From positions 630,001-662,000 of the forward strand of contig NZ_CP065581.1 of NCBI RefSeq assembly GCF_018389705.1: a stretch of 32,000 nt of DNA. The letters run 5' to 3'. Position 1 is the first letter of the stretch; the number at the start of each line of letters is the position of its first letter. The notes under the pieces were generated by a model. The model saw nothing but the letters and a program-made list of their open reading frames with translations, ran no database searches and had not been told where the DNA came from. Both the position numbers and the translations under genes were made by a program. Of this stretch, positions 13,301 to 23,369 are shown piece after piece. The DNA comes from Mycoplasma mycoides subsp. capri. GTDB lineage: Bacteria; Bacillota_I; Bacilli_A; Mycoplasmatales; Mycoplasmataceae.

Positions 13301-14035
13301 AATCTTTGTTTTTTTATACAAATTTAATTCTTGTTTAGTACCACAAAATAGTAATTTACCTTTTTCTAAAATTATAAAATTATCAATAATGTCATAAACT
13401 TCATCAATATTATGAACTGTTAGAATAATAGTATTAAAGTTTTTCTTAAATTCATTTAAGATCGTATAAATTTCTTTTCTTCAATAAGAATCTAAATTTG
13501 CTCCAGGTTCATCACATACTAAAATTTTAGGTTCTTTTATAAAACATAAAATTAAATTAATGCGATTTTTCATTCCCCAAGAAAAACTTTTTAAAGGTTT
13601 ATCTTTTGATTCTCATAAATCAAATCTTTTTAGTCAATATTCTAGTTTGTCTTTAACTAGCTTATCTTCTAAACCCATAACATAGCACATATTGTATAAA
13701 AAATCATAAGCTGAGATTGAGTACAAAGAAAAGTCCATTTGTGAATAAAACCCAATATCAGAATTGTTTTGAATTGAGTTATTCTTTTTTCTTTCGTTTT
13801 TATTAATAAAAATGTTTCCTTGATAATTAATACTAGTTCCTAATAAAGAATTGATAAACACACTTTTTCCTGAACCACTAGTTCCTAGTAAAGCAGTGAT
13901 TTTTCCTTTTTCAACATTAAAAGAAAAAGGCCCAATTTCTATATCTTTAAACTTTTTATAAAAATTATCAACTACAATTGAGTATTTCTCATTTAATACA
14001 TCAGAATGTAGATTCTTAGAAACATTTTTCATCAT
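10400..14035 (-). CDS. ABC transporter: ATP-binding domain fused to a long coiled-coil region and a C-terminal membrane domain
   Basis: Track ORFs 13634..14035, 12206..13321, 11321..12190 and 10733..11017 are all in one frame once TGA=Trp. Walker A 'GTSGSGKS', signature-like 'FSWGMKNR', Walker B 'ILVCDEPGANLD', coiled coils, several TM segments and a last TM ending 'FLKFKKRDF'. Confidence 0.82.
12884..12913 (-). repeat. (ATT)10 trinucleotide microsatellite inside the ABC fusion gene, encoding poly-Asn
   Basis: Ten consecutive ATT units in the plus-strand text, translated as an NNNNNNNNN run. Confidence 0.95.
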
Positions 14036-14207
14036 AAATTCCTTTGTACTATATATGCAGATTTGAAACTCAACTAAACTACTTTTTTAGTTTTTTTAAT
14101 ATAGTTTTGGTTGATCCAAATCTTACTTTTATTTTTACAAAAAAAAAAAAAAAAAAACAAGCCTAAAAAATATACTTTAAAGGCGTTGTAATGTTGATAA
14201 GTATAAT

Positions 14208-14233
14208 AAAAAGCCTAGAACATAGGCTTTTTT
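14208..14233. terminator. Bidirectional-looking intrinsic terminator hairpin
   Basis: AAAAGCCTA-GAACA-TAGGCTTTTTT. Confidence 0.6.
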
Positions 14234-14403
14234 GCAATTAGCTTTAAATTGAAAATTTTTATTTTTTTTTATAAAAAAAATTAAAATAATCATATTTTTA
14301 AGAAATTCTTTTAAATAAATCAAAAAAGTTAATTGATAAAAGATAATAATTTTTTAACTTTATTTTAAGTTAGTTACAAAACATATAGTTTTCTTATTAA
14401 AAA

Positions 14404-14423
14404 AGGCATACTTAAGTATGCCT
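14404..14423 (-). terminator. Terminator downstream of lipoprotein gene
   Basis: Perfect palindrome AGGCATACTTAAGTATGCCT followed on the minus strand by TTTTT. Confidence 0.7.
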
Positions 14424-14432
14424 AAAATTACA

Positions 14433-15149
14433 TTACATTTGTTTCTTTTTCTTTTTTACACTTCTATAAATTATAAATCCAGAAGAAGCTAATAAAGCAA
14501 CTGACAGTAGAGAAAGACCAACATAAACTCCTACTTTAGATTCAATTTGAAGTTCAGCTTCATCTGTGTAAGTTTGATTATTTGTTTTAGCCTTTACAAG
14601 AACTTTTTTATCTATTCTTTCAATTTTTAATTCCTTAACATCTAAATTTGATTTAGGATTAGCTTTAGCAACTGCTGCTAAAATTGTGTCATCTTTATTA
14701 TCTGGTAAACTCTTTAATTTAGTTACTTTAACTAGTGTTTTTAAGTTATTATTTACATCAAATATTACAGTAACTGTTTTAGTTCCGTTTCCATTAGTTT
14801 TATTTTTTATTTCAATAACAGCACTATCACTAGAATTGCCATTACTTGTTGTAGTACTTGATCCAGAAGAAGTAGTGCCTCCATTAGATTTAACAGTAAC
14901 TTCTATTTTATCTTTTATTTTAGGATCACCTAGTCCATTTTGTTTAATAAAAGCATTCTTAATTATTTCTTTGTCATTTTTGCTAACAAATCCTAGATCT
15001 CTTACCTTAACTAATTTGTTTAAGTCAATCTTTTCTTCTTGAGTAGTTGTAGCATCATTCATTTTAGTTTTATCACCACATGCAATAACAAAAGCTCCAC
15101 TTGTAGCTACTAAACCAACTGAACCTAATATTGTTAATAACTTCTTCAT
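14433..15149 (-). CDS. Surface lipoprotein with C-terminal TM segment
   Basis: 'MKKLLTILGSVGLVATSGAFVIACGDK' lipobox signal typical of the mycoides-cluster variable lipoprotein families. C-terminal 'VYVGLSLLSVALLASSGFIIYRSVKKKKKQM'. AAAGGAT upstream of the ATG. Confidence 0.88.
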   Translation of the reverse strand: MKKLLTILGSVGLVATSGAFVIACGDKTKMNDATTTQEEKIDLNKLVKVRDLGFVSKNDKEIIKNAFIKQNGLGDPKIKDKIEVTVKSNGGTTSSGSSTTTSNGNSSDSAVIEIKNKTNGNGTKTVTVIFDVNNNLKTLVKVTKLKSLPDNKDDTILAAVAKANPKSNLDVKELKIERIDKKVLVKAKTNNQTYTDEAELQIESKVGVYVGLSLLSVALLASSGFIIYRSVKKKKKQM

Positions 15150-15319
15150 TTATATCCTTTCATAGGCTAATAGAATATTAATATCATCAAAATTTATTAT
15201 ATACCATCTACTAAAAACAACTATAAAATATAATTAAATTCAATAGGTTTTCATAAAATAAAATCAGTATTTTTAAATAGAATAATTTTAGATAAAAAAC
15301 ATTTTTTATAATATGAATT

Positions 15320-17128
15320 TTAGTTTAAAAATTCTATAATTTTTTGCTTTGCTTCGTTTTGATCTAAAAGGTTTTCTAAAACAATTTTTTGTTTAAAATC
15401 AATACTATTTTGCAAATCTATTCCACAAACTACAGCTAGAATAGATTCATCATTTGGATCAAAAGAATTTAAATTAGTATGTGTTATTTGAATTGGTAGA
15501 TCTAATTGTTTAACTACATTTTTTAAATTCATTTCAATTAATAATGATGATCCTAAACCCTGACCACAAACAGCAACTATTTTGTATTGCTTTTTAAGAT
15601 CATATTTATTAGTTATTATCTTATTATCATTTATAATTTCAACTTGTTCTTTAGTAGTTTTAATATTTTTAAATATAGTTTTTTTAGTTAAAAAACTATA
15701 TATTGGTAGAATAGTTCAACTAATAATACTAATTAGTAGTAAAACTCAAATACCAGCTTTACTTCCAATTAATTTTAATAAAATTCCAATTGGTAATCCT
15801 AATAAAAAGTCGCCATCACCTCAAGCTATGTGTTGTTTAGAACTAGCTATGCTTGGTATCATTTCTAAACCAATAAATAAAAATGGTACAAATGAAATAA
15901 TTAACCCATTAATAAATGAACCAATAATAGCTCCTTTAATACCACCTGTTGAATTTCCAAACACTCCACAAGTAGCTCCAACAAAAAAGTGTGGAACTAT
16001 ACTTGGAATAATAATTATTCAAAGATTAACATTAATGTTTTTTAAACTAACAATTAAAATAGTAATACTCATAGCTATAATTCCACCAATAAATGATGAA
16101 ATAAACCCAATTAAAACTGCATTTGGTGCATAAGGAAATACAATGGGACAATCTAGTGCTGGTTTTGCATTAGGAACTATTTTTTGTGATATTCCTTGAA
16201 ATGATGGAACAATTTCAGCAATAAACATTCTTACTCCAATTAAAACAATTTCAACTCCTGCTGCAAATGTTAAAGCTTGTAATAAACCTTGTACAAAAAC
16301 ATCTTTTTGATTTTCAATAATTTTATGTACTACCATTTGCTCATATCCATGAACTATAAAAGTAGTAAAATAAATTATTAAATAAAGTAATAACATAGTT
16401 AACCCAATAGCTACATTAGTATTTCTTAAAAATGCTAATCCTTTAGGAAAATTAACATCTTCAGTATAACGTATTTTCTTTTTACTAATTTTTGCTATTA
16501 ATGATCCAATAAGTGCTGATAAAAAATAACCTAATGATCCAGTATGGCCTAGTGCTAAATTATTATTATTTGTAATTTTAACAACATGTTTATTTAATAG
16601 TGCTGGAGTTAAAACCATATAAATTGAAACTAATAAAGCTCCAGAAATTACTACAGTTGTTAGGTTTTTAACTTCATCTAAATTTAAACCAGCAACATGC
16701 ATAACACTTGCAAACATTGTTGAAAAATAAAATAAAACATGACCTGTTAAATAAATATATTTAAATTTACTAATTCTAGCTAAAACTATATTTAAAACCA
16801 TAGCACAAATCATAATTAATGATCCAGCTAAAACTATTTTTGAAATACTTAAAAATAAACCTGGTAAAACATCATTACTAGCAATAGCTCCAGATCTTTG
16901 AAATAACAAGTTAAAAGCAAAACCAAGTTTTTGAATAGATCCAGCAATAATACCAGCTCCAGCTCCAATAATTAAAAAACCAATAGCTGTTTTAATTGTT
17001 GAAGTTAAACATTCACTAAACTTCTTTTTTTGTAATAAACTACCTATAAAAGCAAATAAAGCTACTAATATAGCTGGTGTTGAAATAAATTCTGTAAAGA
17101 AATTTAAAACATATTTTCCAAACTCCAT
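15320..17128 (-). CDS. ulaA: PTS ascorbate-type transporter, fused IIC (UlaA/SgaT-like) and IIB domains
   Basis: A 602-aa continuous frame (TGA=Trp). UlaA-like '[23 protein letters not shown]...[10 protein letters not shown]', then the C-terminal IIB '[28 protein letters not shown]' with the phospho-Cys loop. Confidence 0.85.
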
Positions 17129-17139
17129 ATTAAGCCTTT

Positions 17140-17589
17140 CTATTTATCATATTTTTGTAAAACTAGTAGTATATCTTGTGTGTTTTTAACCTTTTCTAAT
17201 TCATTTAAAAATTCTTTATTGCTAAATAAATTTGCAAATTTTTCCAATAAATCAATATGAGAATAATTATCTTTTGCAAATAATGACAAGCAGTATTTAA
17301 CATGATATTTTGTATCATCTTTAAAAACTACAGGTTCTTTAAAAACAGATAAACTAATAGCATTATTTTTATTTTTTCATTCATCTTTTGGTGTTAAATG
17401 AAGTAAAGCTATTTGTGGAGCAATAATATAGTATGGTCCTAGTTTATTTGTTAATTCTATTAATTCTTTTGAAAAATCATCATCAATATAATGATTATTT
17501 ATTAATAATTGATTAGCTATTTGTATAGCTTGTTGTCAAGAAGTAATCTTTGTATCTATATAAGTTACAAGTTTTTCTTTAAATAGCAT
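17140..17589 (-). CDS. PTS ascorbate-type IIA component
   Basis: 149 aa (TGA=Trp) 'MLFKEKLVTYIDTKITSWQQAIQIANQLLINNHYIDDDFSKELIELTNKLGPYYIIAPQIALLHLTPK', typical of mannitol/fructose/ascorbate EIIA. Directly upstream of the IIC-IIB gene. Confidence 0.82.
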
Positions 17590-17728
17590 AATACCTTTCT
17601 ATTTTAATAACACACTTAAATTTTATAATTTGTATTAGTGAATAAAAAACTAAAAAATGAAAGGGTAATATAATATTAATTAAAATATAAAGCTTGGATT
17701 TTTTATATAGATGTCATTGAATAAATAA

Positions 17729-17756
17729 AAAAGAAGAATTTTATAATTCTTCTTTA
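17729..17756 (-). terminator. Intrinsic terminator of the 17763..18218 lipoprotein gene
   Basis: AAAGAAGAATT-TTAT-AATTCTTCTTT with a T run on the minus strand. Confidence 0.75.
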
Positions 17757-17762
17757 GTTGAT

Positions 17763-18218
17763 TTATTGTACTGTGTTGTATTCTTCCATATCTAAATCAT
17801 CGATATTTCATGAAGAAGTATTAGATGAAACAGAGCTGTTTGTTTCTCTACTTCTTGAACTTGTTGTATTTCCTTGAGTTGAACTATCAGATTCTGAGTG
17901 CTCAGTAACAGTTTCTGATTCTTTTGGCATTTCAGAATTACCTTCATTTGGTTCACGTTGTTCAGTTACTTTTGAATCTCCTAAACCATTATTCAGATCA
18001 TTTGATCCTTCAGTTTTTTCTTCTTTTAATTTTTCATTTTTTATTTCTGTTCCCTTAGAACCGTCATTCATATCATCATTTTCATTAGAATTATCTGAAT
18101 GAGAATTGTTATTTGAAGTAGCAGTTGGCACCTTATCAGTACATGCAATTGCAACTGATGCTGTTGAAGCTACTATACTAATTGAACCTAATAAAGTTAA
18201 TAACTTTATCACTAACAT
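17763..18218 (-). CDS. Small Ser/Asn/Glu-rich surface lipoprotein (Vmc-like)
   Basis: 'MLVIKLLTLLGSISIVASTASVAIACTDK' lipobox followed by low-complexity hydrophilic sequence. Strong SD AGGAGG just upstream. Reading through the TGA gives the end '...SSNTSSWNIDDLDMEEYNTVQ'. The GTG at codon 3 could be the true start. Confidence 0.8.
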
Positions 18219-18272
18219 TACCTCCTAAATAACTAATTTAATTAGCAATATCTGATTTATAAACATAACAAC

Positions 18273-18308
18273 ATTATATATGTATATATAAAATATATCT
18301 AAGGTCAA
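18273..18308 (-). promoter_or_regulatory. Promoter with TA-rich spacer (TTGACC-N24-TATAAT)
   Basis: On the minus strand, TTGACCTTAGATATATTTTATATATACATATATAAT. TA-dinucleotide rich spacer. Confidence 0.55.
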
Positions 18309-18605
18309 TATTATTTTTTAATAATTTAAATATGTTAAAGATATATGAATAATTTTTAGTTTATTTTTATCACTAAGACTTAGGTTTTAAAAATTTTTTT
18401 TTCTAAAACTATATAAATAAAAAAACTTATTAATTATATAGACTGATAATTATCTACATAACTAACAAGATTTTACGAATTAAAAATTAAAAATATTCTT
18501 CAAAAATAGATTTTAGTCTAAATTTATTATACTAGAACTTCATCTTAATAATTTATTAGATTTTTACTAGCTAGTAATTCTATATTTTTAAAGAATTTAT
18601 ATATT

Positions 18606-19178
18606 TTAGTTTCAAATATAACTAGAAGCTAAGCCAATTGAAGCACCCGATGGGTCTCCTGCTCCTGGAATTCTATCTTTTTTTGGTGTTTTTTGTTCTT
18701 TTGGAGCAGGAACTTTTTCTCCTTTAGTTGGGTTTAGTTCTTTTCATTTTTTTTCAATTTCTGTAAATTTTTTATTTACTAATGTAAGTGCTTGTTCTGC
18801 TTTATCAATTTTGTTTGCTATTGTTGAGGGAAGATTGCCTTTATTTTCATATGGTTTTCCTTCTTTTAGAGCATCTTGATATTTTTGGTTAGCATCTCTT
18901 AATTCTTTTTTGGCGTCCTTATAAGCTTTTTCAACTTCTTCTAATTCTTTTTTCATTTCTTCTTCTGAATTTTTACCTACACTAGGTGAACCTGCAGATT
19001 TTTCAGTAGATGAATCTTGTCTAGCTTCATCAGATTGTTCTGATTTTTGAGATAAAGTTCCACTATCAGCAGTTTTTTTTACAACTACACCCAAAGTTTT
19101 TCCCTCACAAGCAATAGCAACTGCTGCAGTTGAACCAATAACAGCTACTGATCCTAATAATGTTAATAATTTTTTTAT
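18606..19178 (-). CDS. Small surface lipoprotein (Vmc-like) lacking a canonical start codon
   Basis: Frame encodes '(ATA)KKLLTLLGSVAVIGSTAAVAIACEGKTLGVVVKKTADSG...KDRIPGAGDPSGASIGLASSYIWN'. The expected ATG is ATA and there is no in-frame ATG upstream before a stop at 19200. The track shows only the internal 18744..19094 fragment. Confidence 0.6.
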
Positions 19179-19248
19179 TAATATGTATTTTGATAATAAT
19201 TAAATTTGCTAGACATCTGATTTAAAAGATATTACATAGCAATATAGT

Positions 19249-19278
19249 ATTATATATATTAGATATATATTATGTCAA
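19249..19278 (-). promoter_or_regulatory. Promoter with TA-rich spacer (TTGACA-N18-TATAAT)
   Basis: On the minus strand, TTGACATAATATATATCTAATATATATAAT. Related to the 18273..18308 promoter but with a 6-nt shorter spacer. Confidence 0.6.
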
Positions 19279-19706
19279 TATCTTATTTTAAAAATAAAAT
19301 GTGATATAATACGGATTTTTAAGAGTTATAGTTTTGGTCTGTTTTTTTTTTTTTTTAATTTTTAGTGGGATTGTTTCTTATTTGTGAGGATGAGCAAATA
19401 AAAAAAATAGATCCTAAGGATCTAAAAAATTTAATAATTATTAAATTTATGACATTTTTAATTAACCTTAACTCTATTATTTACACTAACTTCACTATTT
19501 TTACTTTAATCTATAAATTTATCTAATGAATTACTTTAAAGTTATTAATTCTAATGATATTAATAAATTTTTATAAATAAAAAATCTTATTATTTACATA
19601 CAAATACTTTATGTATAAATAATAAGATTTAAACTATTGTAAAAGGACCAGTTCATTTATAATGATTAGTTCAAAAGTTATTTATTTTAAAAACTGGTAT
19701 ATAAGT

Positions 19707-20456
19707 TCATTTAATATTTAATGCATAAATTCTAGCTGCTTTAAAATCATATTCATACATTTCTAAACTTGAAGACACTAACTTACTAACTTCATCATTA
19801 TAATATAGTTCAATTTTATTTTTAATAATAATAGAAATATAGTAATTAATAAATAAACAAATAATTAATGAAAAACTTAAATAATTAAATATCATATACT
19901 TTCATAATTTGTATAAAAAATTAATATTCATATTATTTTGATTATTAGTTAAATTACTAATTTGAAAATTATCTGTAATCACATTATAAACAAATAAAAA
20001 CAAATTAATTAACATAGATAAACTTAATAAAATAATTAGTAAAGTAGGAATAGTTAAAAGAGTTAGTCTATAAGCTTTTAATAAACTGTCTTTTTTTATT
20101 TGCTTTGCTGAAATTCATAACCTTGAAATTAAATAATCTAATTCATAACCAACTGATTCAAATATACGTTTACTAATTATAATTTGTTTTTTATTTTTAT
20201 TAATATTTTTAAAAACTTTAATCATATTATCAGTATCAGTATAAATAATTTGATAATCAGTTAAATTAAACATGATTTGAAATTGTCTAATTGCTTTATT
20301 AATATCTGTTGAATTAATTACTAAATTACTAGAATTAATAAAAGGTACTTGGTGATTTAAATAACTTCTAGTAGTTATTAAATAAATTAATAATATTAAA
20401 AATATCATTAATAAATTCACTATTAATAAAACAAAATTAACTAAACTAAAGTTCAT
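19707..20456 (-). CDS. Membrane protein, possibly a degenerate YugP-type zinc metallopeptidase homologue
   Basis: Single frame with TGA=Trp, TM segment arrangement and '..IISKRIFESVGYELDYLISRLW' / 'LEMYEYDFKAARIYAL' where YugP-like proteins have 'HExGH' and 'EFDAS.RA'. No HExxH present. Confidence 0.5.
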
Positions 20457-20555
20457 ACAATCACCTAACTTAATTTAAATATTTTTAAACTTATTAATAT
20501 TTTATTAGTATTATTAAATAATTAGCTAATATTTGTAAATAAAAAAGTTGTATTT

Positions 20556-21269
20556 CTACAACTCGGCATTGTGATAAACGTTTTGTACGTCTTCTAGTTC
20601 ATCTAATTTATCTAATAAAGTTTGTAATTGTAATTTAGCTTGCTCATCTTTAATTTCTATTCTTTTATCAATTGGAATAGCTCTAATTTCTGAAATTAAA
20701 TATTCATCAATATTTAATTTATCTAATGAGTGTTTTACACTATTATAAGCTTTAAAAGGAGCATAAATAATAATAGTGTCATCTTCACAAATTAAATCAT
20801 TAATTTCAACTTCATCACTCATTAAAGCTTCTAAAACTTCATCTTCTTTTTTATTTTTAAAAGCAAACATTGCTACATCTTCAAATAAAAAGCTTACTTT
20901 TCCATCAGGATTACCTTTATTTTTATTAAAAACTTCTCTAATCATAGCAGCTGCTCTATTAACATTACTTGTTAAAGTATCAACTAAAATTGCTACATTA
21001 GATGGACCTATTCCTTCATATCTATTTGAAACATAATTTTCAGCATCACCACCAGCAGCTCTTTTAATTGCTCTTTCAATTACATCTCTTGGGATTTGAT
21101 TAGCTTTAGCTTTATCAATTACAGATCTTAAAGCTAAATTTGAATTTGGATCAATTCCACCTTGTTTTGCAGCCATATAAATTTCTTTTGCTGCTCTTCC
21201 GTTTGCTGCAGATTTTTTAGCAGCAGTCTTAGCCATTGAAGCGGCTCTTACTTCATGTGCTCTTCCCAT
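20556..21269 (-). CDS. yebC: YebC/PmpR family DNA-binding regulator
   Basis: 237 aa 'MGRAHEVRAASMAKTAAKKSAANGRAAKEIYMAAKQGGIDPNSNLALRSVIDKAKANQIPRDVIERAIKRA'. Confidence 0.95.
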   Translation of the reverse strand: MGRAHEVRAASMAKTAAKKSAANGRAAKEIYMAAKQGGIDPNSNLALRSVIDKAKANQIPRDVIERAIKRAAGGDAENYVSNRYEGIGPSNVAILVDTLTSNVNRAAAMIREVFNKNKGNPDGKVSFLFEDVAMFAFKNKKEDEVLEALMSDEVEINDLICEDDTIIIYAPFKAYNSVKHSLDKLNIDEYLISEIRAIPIDKRIEIKDEQAKLQLQTLLDKLDELEDVQNVYHNAEL

Positions 21270-21280
21270 ATTAATTACCT

Positions 21281-21898
21281 CTAATTTGGATTTTTCATTG
21301 AGTTTAACTTATTCATAATTAATTCTATTTGAGTTTTGACATCTAATTCAGCATCAACTACAAAAAAAGGAAAATCATAAACATTTTGTTTGTAAAACTC
21401 TTCATAGTTTTTATTTAAAGTCTCTCAGTATTCTTCACCAATTAGTAATTCTTCACTTCTTCCTCTTTTTTTAATTCTACTAATTGCAGTTTTAGTTGAA
21501 ACTCTTAAATAAATAACAATATCAAAACTTAGTTTGTTTTCAGGAATTTTTAAGTTTTCTAAAACAACATTATTATAAAAATCAATATATGTATTATAGT
21601 CAGTTTGATCAACATTATTTAAATCATAATTAACTTTCATAAAAATAGGATCTTCTAATAAAGTTCTATCAAAAATAATGTTTTCTAAATTTTTTGCTTG
21701 TTTTAATTGTTTAGATCTAGCTGTTAACATGTAAATTTGCATTTTAAAAACAGTCTTTTTTAAATCTTTATAGTATTGTTCAAAATAAGGATTTTCTTCA
21801 ACTGGTTCTTTAAAAATCTCATATCCTAATTTTTTACTAATTTCAGCTGAAATTGTTGATTTACCAGCTCCAACAGTACCAAAAATTGCAATTTTCAT
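21281..21898 (-). CDS. Deoxynucleoside kinase
   Basis: 205 aa (TGA=Trp) 'MKIAIFGTVGAGKSTISAEISKKLGYEIFKEPVEENPYFEQYY...FDRTLLEDP', dNK family. Confidence 0.9.
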
Positions 21899-21907
21899 TT
21901 TTCTCCT

Positions 21908-22666
21908 TTATTTATTATTGTTTTGTTTTAAAGAATGATAAATTCCATAAAGTCTTTTAACTTCATGAGTTTTTAATTCACGATATTGACCTGGTTTTAA
22001 ATCAGCAATTTCTAAAAATTCAATTTTAGTTCTTTTTAGCTTTAAAAGTTGAGCTTGAATAGATTCAAACATTTTTTTAACATGATGTTTTTTGCCTTCA
22101 TTAATAGTTAGTTCTACAATTGAAGTATTTTTTAATTTGTCATATTTAACTAATTTAGCACTATAAGCTTTTGTTAAATAATCATTATCAATATATACAC
22201 CTTTAATTAATTGGTTTATTTGTTGTTTATTAACTTGGCCTTGACAAAGACCTTGATATGTTTTTAAAAACTCATATTTTGGATGCATTATAAAATTAGA
22301 TAACACCCCATCATTTGTCATTAATAATAAACCACTAACATCATAATCTAATCTTCCAACTGGATAAACTCTATGATTTAAATCTTTAAAAAAATCATTA
22401 ACAGTTTTTCTTTTTTTAGGATCATACATAGTAGTTAAAACTAGTCTTGGTTTATAAAATAAATAATAATATTTTTGATTATTTGAATCAGATAAAACTA
22501 ATTTATTATCTATTTTAATTTCAGCTTTAGGATCAATTTTTACTCCTAAAGTATTAATGATTTGATCATTAACTTTAACTCTATTTTCTAAAATTAATTT
22601 TTCAGCAGCTCTTCTTGAACAATACCCACGAGAACTAATTACTTTTTGTAGCCTTTCTAAACTCAT
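21908..22666 (-). CDS. rluB: Pseudouridine synthase, RsuA/RluB family
   Basis: 'MSLERLQKVISSRGYCSRRAAEKLILENRVKVNDQ' S4 domain plus 'HRVYPVGRLDYDVSGLLLMTNDG'. Confidence 0.92.
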   Translation of the reverse strand: MSLERLQKVISSRGYCSRRAAEKLILENRVKVNDQIINTLGVKIDPKAEIKIDNKLVLSDSNNQKYYYLFYKPRLVLTTMYDPKKRKTVNDFFKDLNHRVYPVGRLDYDVSGLLLMTNDGVLSNFIMHPKYEFLKTYQGLCQGQVNKQQINQLIKGVYIDNDYLTKAYSAKLVKYDKLKNTSIVELTINEGKKHHVKKMFESIQAQLLKLKRTKIEFLEIADLKPGQYRELKTHEVKRLYGIYHSLKQNNNK

Positions 22667-22733
22667 TTTTTCTCCTTAACTAATAATAAGGTTATTAGAT
22701 GCTTTGTTTATAATATCAAATAAATAAACAAAG

Positions 22734-23369
22734 CTATTGATTTTGACTATCTAAATTAAAATCATCAATATTACCATACAAATCAAGATTTTGTTGTTCT
22801 TGCTTTATTTCATTATTATTTTCTATAGCTTGTTTAATATCATCATCACTAATTGTTGGTAGTTCTTCAATCCCACCTTTTATATTAAACACTTTAAAAA
22901 AGTTATCTGTTATTCCATACAAATTACTTCTATTATTTTCAAGATCTTTTCCAACTACTTTAATTAGTTTTTTTTCTCTTAGTTTATATAGTTGATAAGT
23001 TGAATCAACATTTCTAATTTCATCAATTTGTTGTTTTGTAATTGGTTGTTTGTATGCAATAATTGATAAAACTTCTATAGTTGAATGAGATAACTTTTTA
23101 TTTTCATTATATTGTTCTAATTTAGCAAAATATTCATGTAATTCAGGTTTTGTTTGTAATCTGTAATTATTTTTTTTATAAGTTTGAATACAAAAAGCAG
23201 AAGATGGATCTGCTAAATATTTTTTATTTAATTGGATAATGATTTCTTTAATTTCAGTTGGTTTTAAATTATCTAAAACAGTTTGAATATCTAATAAAGA
23301 AACACCATCATCACCATAAATAAACAATAACCCTTCAATAATAGCACTATATTGTTGATTCATTTGCAA
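22734..23369 (-). CDS. scpB: Segregation and condensation protein B
   Basis: 'AIIEGLLFIYGDDGVSLLDIQTVLD...HSTIEVLSIIAYKQPITKQQIDEIRNVDS', ScpB winged-helix signature. Confidence 0.93.
   Translation of the reverse strand: MQMNQQYSAIIEGLLFIYGDDGVSLLDIQTVLDNLKPTEIKEIIIQLNKKYLADPSSAFCIQTYKKNNYRLQTKPELHEYFAKLEQYNENKKLSHSTIEVLSIIAYKQPITKQQIDEIRNVDSTYQLYKLREKKLIKVVGKDLENNRSNLYGITDNFFKVFNIKGGIEELPTISDDDIKQAIENNNEIKQEQQNLDLYGNIDDFNLDSQNQ

Noticed and set aside
1417-14035. Apparent pseudogenes from ORFs broken by in-frame stops (der, cmk, scpA, ABC gene, lipoproteins)
   Set aside because: The breaks are TGA codons, which encode Trp in Mycoplasma. The frames are continuous under translation table 4.
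9701-16133. Plus-strand ORFs 9701..9940, 12051..12341, 14686..15042 and 15582..16133
   Set aside because: All lie antisense to confident minus-strand genes (lipoproteins, ABC fusion, PTS) and read as Phe/Leu-rich mirror translations.
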